DNA of 64,000 nt from Patescibacteria group bacterium (GTDB lineage: Bacteria; Patescibacteriota; Minisyncoccia; GWC2-36-17; WO2-46-25). The stretch is from NCBI GenBank assembly GCA_038062295.1, contig JBBTXL010000008.1, forward strand, positions 1,430 to 65,429, read 5' to 3'. Made by a program: the position numbers and the translations under genes. Positions 10,030-18,565 of the stretch are shown piece by piece. The notes beneath the pieces were generated by a model, which saw nothing but the letters and a program-made list of their open reading frames with translations, was not told where the DNA came from and did no database searches. Positions within the stretch are counted from its first letter, which is position 1. Every line of letters starts with the position of its first letter.

Positions 10030-11880
10030 ATGGGCGGTCTCCCCTCTGAAGAAATAAAGTCCCGGCTTGATATCCACGACGTCATTGCGGGGTATATCCG
10101 CTTGCAAAAGCAGGGCGCGAATTGGCGTGCGCTGTGCCCGTTCCATAACGAGAAAACACCCTCGTTTTATGTGTCCGCCACGCGGCAAATGTGGCATTGT
10201 TTCGGATGCGGGGCCGGGGGCGATATGTTCACGTTCGTGATGAAAATGGAAGGACTTGAGTTTCCCGATGCGTTGCGCCTCCTCGCGAAAAAAGCGGGAG
10301 TTGTTCTGAAAGCGCAGGACCCAAAACTCGCGAGCGAGCGCGCCACGCTCCTTGCAATCTGTGCGCAGGCGGCGCGTTTTTTCCGTACAAATCTTGAGGA
10401 AGGGGAATCGGGCGCGGCGGCGCGCGCATATCTTTTAAGTCGCGGGCTTTCGCGCGCGACCATCGGAGAGTTTGGCTTGGGATATGCTCACGCCGGCTGG
10501 GATTCTTTGTTTCAGTTCCTTGCCATGAAAGGGTACGCGGCGGGCATGGGGGAAAAGGCGGGGCTTATCAACAAGAGCGAAAAGTCCGGCACGGCGAAGT
10601 ATTACGATAAATTCCGCGACCGCATCATGTTTCCCATCGCGGACCACAACGGCGACACCATCGCTTTTACCGGCCGTTATCTCACGCCGCGCGAAGGAGA
10701 AGGGAAGTATGTGAACAGTCCCCAAACGCTTCTGTATAACAAAAGTGCAGTGCTGTACGGCATGGACAAGGTAAAAATGGAAGCGAAAAAGAAGGATGTC
10801 ATCGTGCTCGTGGAAGGGCAAATGGACGTGATCATGGCGTGGCAGGACGGCGTAAAAAATGCGGTTGCGGTGTCGGGTACCGCATTCACGACGCAGCAGC
10901 TGAAACTTATCGCGCGCTACACCAAGAACATCACCATTCTGTTCGACGCCGACCCGGCGGGCGATAGTGCCACACGCAAAAGTATCGCGCTCGCGCATGC
11001 CGGAGGATTTTCAGTTCGCGTGGCGCGCATGCCCGAAAGCAAAGACCCGGCGGATCTTGTCGCCGCCCGGCCAGGGGAACTTGCAGGTGTTGTGGACGGG
11101 GCTGTTTCCGTCATGGACTTCTATTTTCAGATCGCCGCCGAACGGCACGACCCCAAGATGCTCGCGGGCAAAAAGGCCATCGGGGACCTGCTGCTGCCGC
11201 AGATAAAAAAGATCGCGAATAAGATAGAGTCGCATCACTGGCTGGAGCGCCTGTCGGTGATGCTGGGGGTAAAAATGGATTATTTGGAAGAGGAAATGCG
11301 CGTCGTGAAGGACGACGACGAACGCGCGTTTGCCGGAGACGAACAGCAGGGTAACAACAAGGACATACGCGCCGAAAAGACGGCGGTTGATAAGCTTCTG
11401 GAGCATATCATTGCGGTCTGCTCGGCCGTCCCGAACAAAGAGGAGGCGAAAGCGCTTGCCGCCTCTCTCGCACACTATGAGTTTCCCGCCATGATCGTTG
11501 ATGGCACTCCTACGGCTCGTGAATTGGTGAGTCCGGGCATGGCGGAACTGTTTACTTTTTTCTACCGGCATGGTACTATTGACCCGCTTTCAAAGGAAAT
11601 TTCAAAGGACGGGCTTGAGCAGGGTACCGCGGCGCTGCGGGAGATCCTGCTTGCCGCGGAACTTGGTTCGTACGAAAATCCCGCGCATGAGATCATATTC
11701 TGCGCACGGCGCATAGAACAGGAAATGTTGGATGCGGAATTACAAAAGCTCGAAGCGGCGCTGGCGGCCGCGGAGGCCGAGCGCGACCCGGTGCTTTCCG
11801 AACATCTGTTTCAGGAAGTACATGCGTTAAGCGCAAAGAAGATGAAGCTGTTTGCACCTTCACCACAACCGGCGGCATGA
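10030..11880 (+). CDS. dnaG: DNA primase
   Basis: [11 protein letters not shown]...CFGC zinc finger; FRDRIMFPI; VEGQMDV; FDADPAG TOPRIM. Confidence 0.97.
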   Translation: MGGLPSEEIKSRLDIHDVIAGYIRLQKQGANWRALCPFHNEKTPSFYVSATRQMWHCFGCGAGGDMFTFVMKMEGLEFPDALRLLAKKAGVVLKAQDPKLASERATLLAICAQAARFFRTNLEEGESGAAARAYLLSRGLSRATIGEFGLGYAHAGWDSLFQFLAMKGYAAGMGEKAGLINKSEKSGTAKYYDKFRDRIMFPIADHNGDTIAFTGRYLTPREGEGKYVNSPQTLLYNKSAVLYGMDKVKMEAKKKDVIVLVEGQMDVIMAWQDGVKNAVAVSGTAFTTQQLKLIARYTKNITILFDADPAGDSATRKSIALAHAGGFSVRVARMPESKDPADLVAARPGELAGVVDGAVSVMDFYFQIAAERHDPKMLAGKKAIGDLLLPQIKKIANKIESHHWLERLSVMLGVKMDYLEEEMRVVKDDDERAFAGDEQQGNNKDIRAEKTAVDKLLEHIIAVCSAVPNKEEAKALAASLAHYEFPAMIVDGTPTARELVSPGMAELFTFFYRHGTIDPLSKEISKDGLEQGTAALREILLAAELGSYENPAHEIIFCARRIEQEMLDAELQKLEAALAAAEAERDPVLSEHLFQEVHALSAKKMKLFAPSPQPAA

Positions 11881-13106
11881 AGAAAAAAGGCAACACCAAG
11901 CAGCTGAAAAAACGCGCACATCATCCGGCGCGTCATTTGGCGCATCCGGCCGCGAAAAAACAGGCTGTCGCGAAAGGAGCCCGCATTGGAGCATCGGAAC
12001 GAGGGAAGAAAAAAAGGGTGCTTTTGTTTGAAAAGCCGGTTGAGGAGCTTTTGGAACGCGGCAAGCTCCGCGGTTTTGTGACGTATTCGGAGATCTTACA
12101 TCTGCTGCCCAACATTGAAAAAGACATTGATGTCCTGGAACGCCTCTACGAGCGCTTAAGCGACGCCAACATCAACCTGGTGGATTCCAAGGACCTTTTG
12201 GAATTGCCGCAGCAGGATGAAGCGGCGCCCCCTCCCGCCAAAAAGAAGAAAAAATCGGAAACGTTCTCCGAAGATACCGCGCACGACTCGGTGCAGATCT
12301 ACTTGCGGGAGATCGGCCGTATCTCGTTATTGACCGGCGATGAAGAAAAAGAGCTCGCCAGAAAAATAGAGCAGGGGAATGAGGAAGCGAAAAAAAAGCT
12401 TACGGAAGCGAATTTGCGTTTGGTGGTCAGCATCGCTAAAAAATATATCGGCCGCAGCCCGCACCTCACGCTTTTGGACCTTATCCAGGAGGGGAACCTT
12501 GGTTTGTTCAAGGCCGTGGAAAAGTTTGATTATAAAAGGGGATACAAGTTTTCCACGTACGCGACGTGGTGGATCCGCCAGGCCATCACCCGGGCGCTTG
12601 CCGACCAGGCGCGCACTATCCGCATTCCCGTGCACATGGTGGAAACTATTTCACGCTTTACCCAGGTGAAGCGGCGGCTCTTGCAGGATTTGGGGCGCGA
12701 GCCGCTTGCCGAAGAAATAGCGGCGGAAATGGGTTTGGAGGTAGAAAAGGTTCGTCATATCATCAAGATCTCGCAGGAAACCATTTCACTTGAAACACCA
12801 CTGGGGGACGACAGCGAGGATTCAACACTCGGCGAATTTATTGAGGATGAAAAAGAGATCATGCCGTCGCAATCTGCCGCGCGCCGTCTTTTGAAAGATC
12901 AGATCCGTGAGATCATGGACGATTTAAACCCCCGCGAGCAAAAGATCCTTGCGATGCGTTTTGGTATTGAAGACGGCATTACGCATACCCTGGAGGAAGT
13001 GGGGAAAGAGTTTGGTGTCACGCGTGAGCGCATCCGCCAAATTGAAGCAAAAGCGCTTGAGAAGATCCGTACCCACCGGAAGATTCACAAGTTGGAAGGG
13101 TATTGA
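11877..13106 (+). CDS. rpoD: RNA polymerase primary sigma factor
   Basis: [53 protein letters not shown]. Confidence 0.97.
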   Translation: MKKKGNTKQLKKRAHHPARHLAHPAAKKQAVAKGARIGASERGKKKRVLLFEKPVEELLERGKLRGFVTYSEILHLLPNIEKDIDVLERLYERLSDANINLVDSKDLLELPQQDEAAPPPAKKKKKSETFSEDTAHDSVQIYLREIGRISLLTGDEEKELARKIEQGNEEAKKKLTEANLRLVVSIAKKYIGRSPHLTLLDLIQEGNLGLFKAVEKFDYKRGYKFSTYATWWIRQAITRALADQARTIRIPVHMVETISRFTQVKRRLLQDLGREPLAEEIAAEMGLEVEKVRHIIKISQETISLETPLGDDSEDSTLGEFIEDEKEIMPSQSAARRLLKDQIREIMDDLNPREQKILAMRFGIEDGITHTLEEVGKEFGVTRERIRQIEAKALEKIRTHRKIHKLEGY

Positions 13107-13152
13107 TTTTGCGCGCCGGCACCAGTATAGTGTCCGTGTTCTTTTTTTGTAT

Positions 13153-13224
13153 TCCGGGGTAGCGCAGCGGTAGCGCAGGCGACTGTTAATCGCTTGGTCG
13201 TGGGTTCGAATCCCACCCCCGGAG
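13153..13224 (+). tRNA. tRNA-Asn (GTT), CCA not encoded
   Basis: Acceptor stem TCCGGGG/CCCCGGA; anticodon arm GGCGA-CTGTTAA-TCGCT; T-loop GGTTCGAATCC. Confidence 0.95.
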
Positions 13225-14811
13225 CAACATAGGATTTTGAGAGTATAAATCGCTCATATCTGTATTAACCAAGCAATTTTTGAGAGGTTCTAACCTTTCG
13301 TACATCGCTTTTACCTCATGAGAGGCCTCTTTGATGAGTATGAGCGGTTTTTCTAGTGAGACATTGAGTATTCTGTCTTTTAGCGTGAGGTTCGAACCCA
13401 GAAACATGAGGATACCTTTTTTCACTTCAAGTGAGTCTGTTGTGTCAAAAGTTTTCTTTGCGGTCCGAGCAAACTCAAAATATTTTTCTGCTTGTTCAAG
13501 CCAATCATCTGCTCGTTGCCCAGTATCATCCATCAACATTTCTACGTGATGTTTTTCTTCTAAAAAAGCTGTTTTATTTTTCGCAAACTCCTCATCTGTT
13601 ATATCTCCACCCGCCCGCATACCAATAAGGTTATCAAGCTTTTTAAGCACCTTATCATACTCTTTTCGCTGACTACTGATTATTTGCGTTCTGCCGTGAG
13701 CTTCAACGACATTATTGCTTTTCAGCACATCCAGCGCCCACTCGCAAAAGTCATTAGGCAACTCAATTTCACCTAGAGTGCGGGAGATCTGTTTTTGCAG
13801 TCCCGTCTCTTCAATCGAGCTTTGTGAGCAGTCCGGATTTCTCCTTTTTGTGCAGTGATAGTAGGTGTAGAAATGCACATTGCCATTCTTTTGTCTTTTC
13901 ACTTTAGATTCAGCTGTTATCAAAGCGCCGCATTCTCCGCACATAATCGGACCACGAAAAGCAAAGTCATATTTCTTGGGTCGTGTTGTTGCCTTATTGC
14001 CAAGCAATACTTGTACCCGGTCAAACTCCTGTCTGGTGATCATCGGGGGATGGCCTCCTGTTTTCCAATTACCGCTTCCTCTTGGATATTCAAAATCACC
14101 ATAGTAGAAAGTATCATTTAAAATTCTATACACCGTACTCCGAGCTATCTTCTTGCCTTGTCTGCTTGTAAGATTCCACTCATCTCGTACAATTTGCCAC
14201 ACCTTATTTACCGTATGCCTACCCGTAAGCATAAGCTCAAACATCTTGCGGACCAAATCAAATCGCTCCGGATCCCTCAATATCTCTTTCTCTCCTTTCT
14301 TTTTCAACGGATTGTGCATATAGCCAAGCGTGGCATAGGTTGGATACCACCCTCTTTCCATTTTTGCTCTCAACCCTCGTTTGGTATCCACGCTCAAATC
14401 ACGGATAAACTGATTCGCCATGCCAAGCTCTACCGCCATCATAATCACATTATCTGCCGGGTAATAGCTTCGCCCGTATGTTTGAATGTGTTGGATTGCC
14501 CCTTGTTGCAACATCCAGCTTATCTGGCCGCCGTCAATTGGGTTACGAGCGAGGCGGTTGAGCTTCCAGCAAATAATCCCTTGAGCTTCACCTTTAAGGA
14601 TTCGCTCAAGCATCTTGTTGAAGATCTCTCTGCCGGGCCCCTTTGCGGACTTTGACTCAGTAAAAGTATCCACCACGTTTAATCCATGCTCTTCCGCCAG
14701 TCGTTTAAGCTCGGTGATTTGAGCATCAATGGATGCCATTTGCCGGTCCTCGCTTTCCGATGATTTCCGAGCATAGATGAAGTATTTGATTTTTGCTTTT
14801 TGTTCGTTCAT
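13186..14811 (-). CDS. Large serine recombinase (resolvase + recombinase + Zn-ribbon); 3' end overlaps tRNA-Asn antisense
   Basis: YARKSSESEDRQ catalytic motif, KLNRLARN, CGECG...YYHC Zn ribbon; C-terminus LRGWDSNPRPSD is read from the tRNA antisense strand. Confidence 0.93.
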   Translation of the reverse strand: MNEQKAKIKYFIYARKSSESEDRQMASIDAQITELKRLAEEHGLNVVDTFTESKSAKGPGREIFNKMLERILKGEAQGIICWKLNRLARNPIDGGQISWMLQQGAIQHIQTYGRSYYPADNVIMMAVELGMANQFIRDLSVDTKRGLRAKMERGWYPTYATLGYMHNPLKKKGEKEILRDPERFDLVRKMFELMLTGRHTVNKVWQIVRDEWNLTSRQGKKIARSTVYRILNDTFYYGDFEYPRGSGNWKTGGHPPMITRQEFDRVQVLLGNKATTRPKKYDFAFRGPIMCGECGALITAESKVKRQKNGNVHFYTYYHCTKRRNPDCSQSSIEETGLQKQISRTLGEIELPNDFCEWALDVLKSNNVVEAHGRTQIISSQRKEYDKVLKKLDNLIGMRAGGDITDEEFAKNKTAFLEEKHHVEMLMDDTGQRADDWLEQAEKYFEFARTAKKTFDTTDSLEVKKGILMFLGSNLTLKDRILNVSLEKPLILIKEASHEVKAMYERLEPLKNCLVNTDMSDLYSQNPMLLRGWDSNPRPSD

Positions 14812-14935
14812 ATAATCAAAAAGGGATAACCCCGTTGGACACAATCACCCTTGCGAGTTTTTGTAGGCGGAGTTACCCCTCTTTAAATGCAAAAAATCGC
14901 AAATCCCAGTAATTGTGTCCATGTTTATCATACCA

Positions 14936-15601
14936 CTACTTTTGCTTTACAGCAAACCGACCAAACCGCTTATTCAGCCGTGCGGCCATCATAATAAAAC
15001 CGGTCTCAAACTTCTCATTCAGCCGTATTACTCGTCTGTATTTTCTGGTTGGCTTACCCTTGTAATAATATCGCTTAACCTCTTTCTCTGCTTTTTCTAT
15101 GTCAGGGATTGATACAAACCCCTTGTATTTACCACCCTGCATTTGGGAGGCATAAGTAATTCCTCCACAGTGTCGGCAACCGAACCATTTGCCAATGCTG
15201 TAAATCACTCCAACTCTCCGCCCGCAGTATTGCCCATTTTTAGACAGGGGGCATATAAACCAGTATCGCACACCGCCATAATTGCAAGGAGTCATAGTAA
15301 GTTCAATCTTATAATCCATTTCTTCTTTTTCGCTGTTCCATCTGTCTGTATGAGTATAATATAACCTTGCATACGCTCTCTCATCCGGAGTGCCCCAATT
15401 ATCTCTGCTTACAGCAAACCCGATACTACTTTTATTCTCGCTATAGCCGTAAGTCCAAGTAATGCCACCAGATCGATGACTATAATCCTTGTGCAGATAG
15501 CCATGCTTTTTAAGCCAGAAGATACCTAAGCTGTTATTCTGTTCTGCTACACTTTTAGACATAAGCTTTTTCAATCTGCCGAAATCATTAAAGATGAGCA
15601 T
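14936..15601 (-). CDS. Hypothetical island protein with Cys motifs
   Basis: TPCNYGGVRYWFICP...CGRR...CRHC; adjacent to recombinase. Confidence 0.65.
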   Translation of the reverse strand: MLIFNDFGRLKKLMSKSVAEQNNSLGIFWLKKHGYLHKDYSHRSGGITWTYGYSENKSSIGFAVSRDNWGTPDERAYARLYYTHTDRWNSEKEEMDYKIELTMTPCNYGGVRYWFICPLSKNGQYCGRRVGVIYSIGKWFGCRHCGGITYASQMQGGKYKGFVSIPDIEKAEKEVKRYYYKGKPTRKYRRVIRLNEKFETGFIMMAARLNKRFGRFAVKQK

Positions 15602-15890
15602 GGTCTTTAAACTTTAAAACCACCATTTTCATTCCCTCTTTGTTATTACTGTTATCATACTGCTTATCAGTATAAAATCCACCATTTCCCGCCATTTTTA
15701 TACAGATAATGTTTTCCATGTTTTTCCATGATATTTTATCTTGCACAACCCCCTCTTTATCAGGTCAATGAACTAAAGCGTATCGTCATAGTTAACTGTT
15801 ACCTTATAGGAAATCTATCATGTAACATAATAGTACTATCATTAAGTTATTCTATATAGTTAACAATACTATAGATAATTAACTATAGAG

Positions 15891-16217
15891 TCAGAGTGTT
15901 ATCTCTGGATCAATGCCAAGTCTCTTTCTGAAGTGTTCTTCACTTTGTTTGTAGTATTCCTCCCACACTTTCGTTTCTAACTGTTTCCAAAGCTCTTTAT
16001 CGGGAGCAAAGAAGATGGGGTGGTAACTGCCTCCGCCACCCTTGTACGATGGGGGAGTGAGCCATAATTTATCTCCTTTATAATTTGGATGCTGTGATTC
16101 CTGCACCCGGAAGCCCTTTACAACAAAATCTCCGAAATCAAGGGTGATAATCGCTTTTAATTTCTTCTCCTCGATAACTTTCACTTTCACGGTAATTTCA
16201 TCGATATTCATGGTCAT
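15891..16217 (-). CDS. SpoVG-like nucleic-acid-binding protein
   Basis: KLKAIITLDFGDFVVKGFRV...LWLTPPS resembles the SpoVG signature. Confidence 0.6.
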   Translation of the reverse strand: MTMNIDEITVKVKVIEEKKLKAIITLDFGDFVVKGFRVQESQHPNYKGDKLWLTPPSYKGGGGSYHPIFFAPDKELWKQLETKVWEEYYKQSEEHFRKRLGIDPEITL

Positions 16218-16269
16218 AGTAATATGGTGTTAGTTTATTAAATAAATGCGGTGGCGGGGCTATGCGAGC

Positions 16270-16497
16270 TTATTTTTGGTTGTCCCCGCGCATATTTGAG
16301 AGATGCCAGAGATGAGCCAAAATGCTTTTCTTGCTGGTTTTCTCATAATCCTCATTTTCGACGAGTTTGGAGAACCAGCGGTGTATCGTTTGTTTGCCAA
16401 ATCCTTCTCCTTTTAGCGCTTCAGCAAAACATGTGTAGGAACTCCAATATGGGTTTCTATCCCCAATGTTTTTGAACCGTCTTTCAAGTGATTTCAT
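16270..16497 (-). CDS. Small hypothetical protein, possible HTH
   Basis: 75-aa ORF in co-oriented cluster. Confidence 0.55.
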   Translation of the reverse strand: MKSLERRFKNIGDRNPYWSSYTCFAEALKGEGFGKQTIHRWFSKLVENEDYEKTSKKSILAHLWHLSNMRGDNQK

Positions 16498-16509
16498 ATT
16501 TTTATCATG

Positions 16510-16683
16510 TTAGGTTTTGTTAAGTTTTTTATCCTTAGACGCGTAGTTACTTTTTAAGATTAGCTCTACGAATTCTGCCAACCTGATTCCTTTTACCAAT
16601 GCAGTTTCACGGTCCAATACCACGCCAAAATTCTTTCGGTAGATTTGAATGAAGGCATTGATTTGTTGATCCGTGATTCGCAT
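16510..16683 (-). CDS. Small hypothetical protein
   Basis: MRITDQQINAFIQIYRKNFG...; start follows the stop of the upstream ORF. Confidence 0.55.
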   Translation of the reverse strand: MRITDQQINAFIQIYRKNFGVVLDRETALVKGIRLAEFVELILKSNYASKDKKLNKT

Positions 16684-16688
16684 CTTAT

Positions 16689-16964
16689 TTATCGTGTAGT
16701 ATGTATCCTGCTTTTTAGTTCCCTTCTCGCATTCCAAAATCCCTTCGGTTCAACGGAAAGAGCGCCGGACCAGAATTGGCTTACGGCATTAGAAAGCTTT
16801 TCACTTTTCTTAAATACAAACCCGACCCTTGGGTGTTCTTTGGGGTCTCTGTTTATCGCCACAATAGGAAATTCCAGATATTGCAATGCTGAACACAGTG
16901 CTAGATCATAGAATTCTTCATGCTCCTCGCTGGGGAGGTACTTAAAATCATCTTTTTGTTTCAT
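16689..16964 (-). CDS. DUF5659-like small mobile-element protein
   Basis: DLALCSAL...RVGFVFKKS...VEPKGFWNARRELKSRI pattern. Confidence 0.6.
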   Translation of the reverse strand: MKQKDDFKYLPSEEHEEFYDLALCSALQYLEFPIVAINRDPKEHPRVGFVFKKSEKLSNAVSQFWSGALSVEPKGFWNARRELKSRIHTTR

Positions 16965-17096
16965 ATCATTTTTTTAGTTATTTTATTAATTGCGACCTTG
17001 ATGATTTTTTTAAAAAATAAAAAAGTCATACTAATTACAGTATGACTTTTCTATAAAATTTTGTTTGAATATTAGACTAAACCAGACTAAATCGGA

Positions 17097-18035
17097 CTAC
17101 TCTGGATTGTTTTTTATATGAGCAACCTCCAACTGCTTTAAAAATAGAGGTATTTTTACACCAATTTTTACTAAATCTTCTTTTGATATTTCGCCCCCAT
17201 TGTAAACCACCACAGACTTTCCTCTTTTAGGAAAGAAAGCTTTTAATATTTCGGCCTTAAAGCCAAGTTCATTAAGTATTTTTGTAAAGCTTTTATTCTT
17301 TCTTAGTGTATCAGGGATGTCTTGGTTTCTAATTTTTGTATTTTTTGGTTGCGAACGAACATATTCAAAAAATTCAAAGTTAATTCCTACAGCGTGTGGT
17401 TTTCCTATAAGGTATTCGTTAACCAGTATTTTTCGATCTTTAACTGAAATAACGAATTTTGATGGTTCTTGTTTTGTTTGTATTTCTTGAGCAGTTGATG
17501 GGTTAATTTTGAGCTTTTTATCAATCAAATCCTGCACTCGGCGCAATCCATCTAACGAACTTACTTTTAGAAAAACATAACTTTTCAACTCTTCTTTTGA
17601 TGGCAAATAATCGGGTAATTCATTTTCATCAAAAGCTGTAACGCTTGAAGGAAATACAACTCTTGTTCTCTGATACTCTTTTATTTGGTAGAGTAATTCT
17701 GCGTTTGTAACTTTGACACTGTCTACTCTATTCAGCACACCGCTTATATCGTCTGAATATACCTGCTCATTTTCAAACTTTTGTAAAGATATTTTGACCA
17801 CTTCTGTCAATCTATTAACGGGCTGAAGCTGTAAGAAATCAAGAGTAATCTTAATAACTTTTTGAGCAATTTTAAGATTTTCTTGAGTGAGTTTTTCCCA
17901 ATCAAAAATATCCGTATGTAAACTGGAGGGTTTTATCTTTTTCTCTCCATCTCTTTTGAAACCGTCCTCATAACGGCGAAACAGTTTATCAAACTTCGAC
18001 TGGACTATTTCTATGCGAAACAATTTATTACTCAT
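17097..18035 (-). CDS. Hypothetical protein (may be the 3' part of a split gene with 18028..18261)
   Basis: Long AT-rich ORF; ATG at 18035 overlaps the upstream stop (ATGAGTAA). Confidence 0.55.
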   Translation of the reverse strand: MSNKLFRIEIVQSKFDKLFRRYEDGFKRDGEKKIKPSSLHTDIFDWEKLTQENLKIAQKVIKITLDFLQLQPVNRLTEVVKISLQKFENEQVYSDDISGVLNRVDSVKVTNAELLYQIKEYQRTRVVFPSSVTAFDENELPDYLPSKEELKSYVFLKVSSLDGLRRVQDLIDKKLKINPSTAQEIQTKQEPSKFVISVKDRKILVNEYLIGKPHAVGINFEFFEYVRSQPKNTKIRNQDIPDTLRKNKSFTKILNELGFKAEILKAFFPKRGKSVVVYNGGEISKEDLVKIGVKIPLFLKQLEVAHIKNNPE

Positions 18036-18261
18036 ATTCCCATGTGCCACCTCTATTTTGTATTTTAATAGCACCCCATTCTTCCAGCTTCTCAAGTATT
18101 GCCGCCTTATCTGTGGCTGATGGAGAACTACCAGTGGTGTCAAAAAAACCAAAATCAACCCAATATAAAATTGGGTTGCCTTTTTTGGTATACAGCGACC
18201 TTTCCTTGATTTGTCTTAAAACATACCAGACATTCTGATTAAATTTTTCTTCTGGGGTCAT
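18028..18261 (-). CDS. Hypothetical protein
   Basis: 77-aa ORF MTPEEKFNQNVWYVLRQIKE. Confidence 0.5.
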   Translation of the reverse strand: MTPEEKFNQNVWYVLRQIKERSLYTKKGNPILYWVDFGFFDTTGSSPSATDKAAILEKLEEWGAIKIQNRGGTWEYE

Positions 18262-18438
18262 AGTAATTTATGTTAATTTCATTGTAATTTACCTATATTC
18301 TACCATTTTTCAGCTATTTTTTCAACCTACTAAAACGTTGTGTATTTTTTGCAAATTTTAGTGGTTTATGGTATTTTATAAGCAATAATTAAGCATCGCC
18401 TAACCCTCGTGGTTTTACTACAAGGTATGGCAACAAAC

Positions 18439-18530
18439 ACGGTTCAGGTCATTAAGCTCCTAGTCAGAGCACCTGAACCGTCATATCCGAAAGGGTATGG
18501 GTGTCGCAAGACATCGCTGGCTGGGAGCTT
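18439..18530 (+). ncRNA. Candidate structured leader RNA
   Basis: 11-bp stem 18439-18449/18471-18481, two GNRA-capped hairpins, 14-bp pairing 18454-18467/18517-18530. Confidence 0.45.
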
Positions 18531-18565
18531 TGTGTCTATATTCCCACTAGCTTAGAATAATTACT

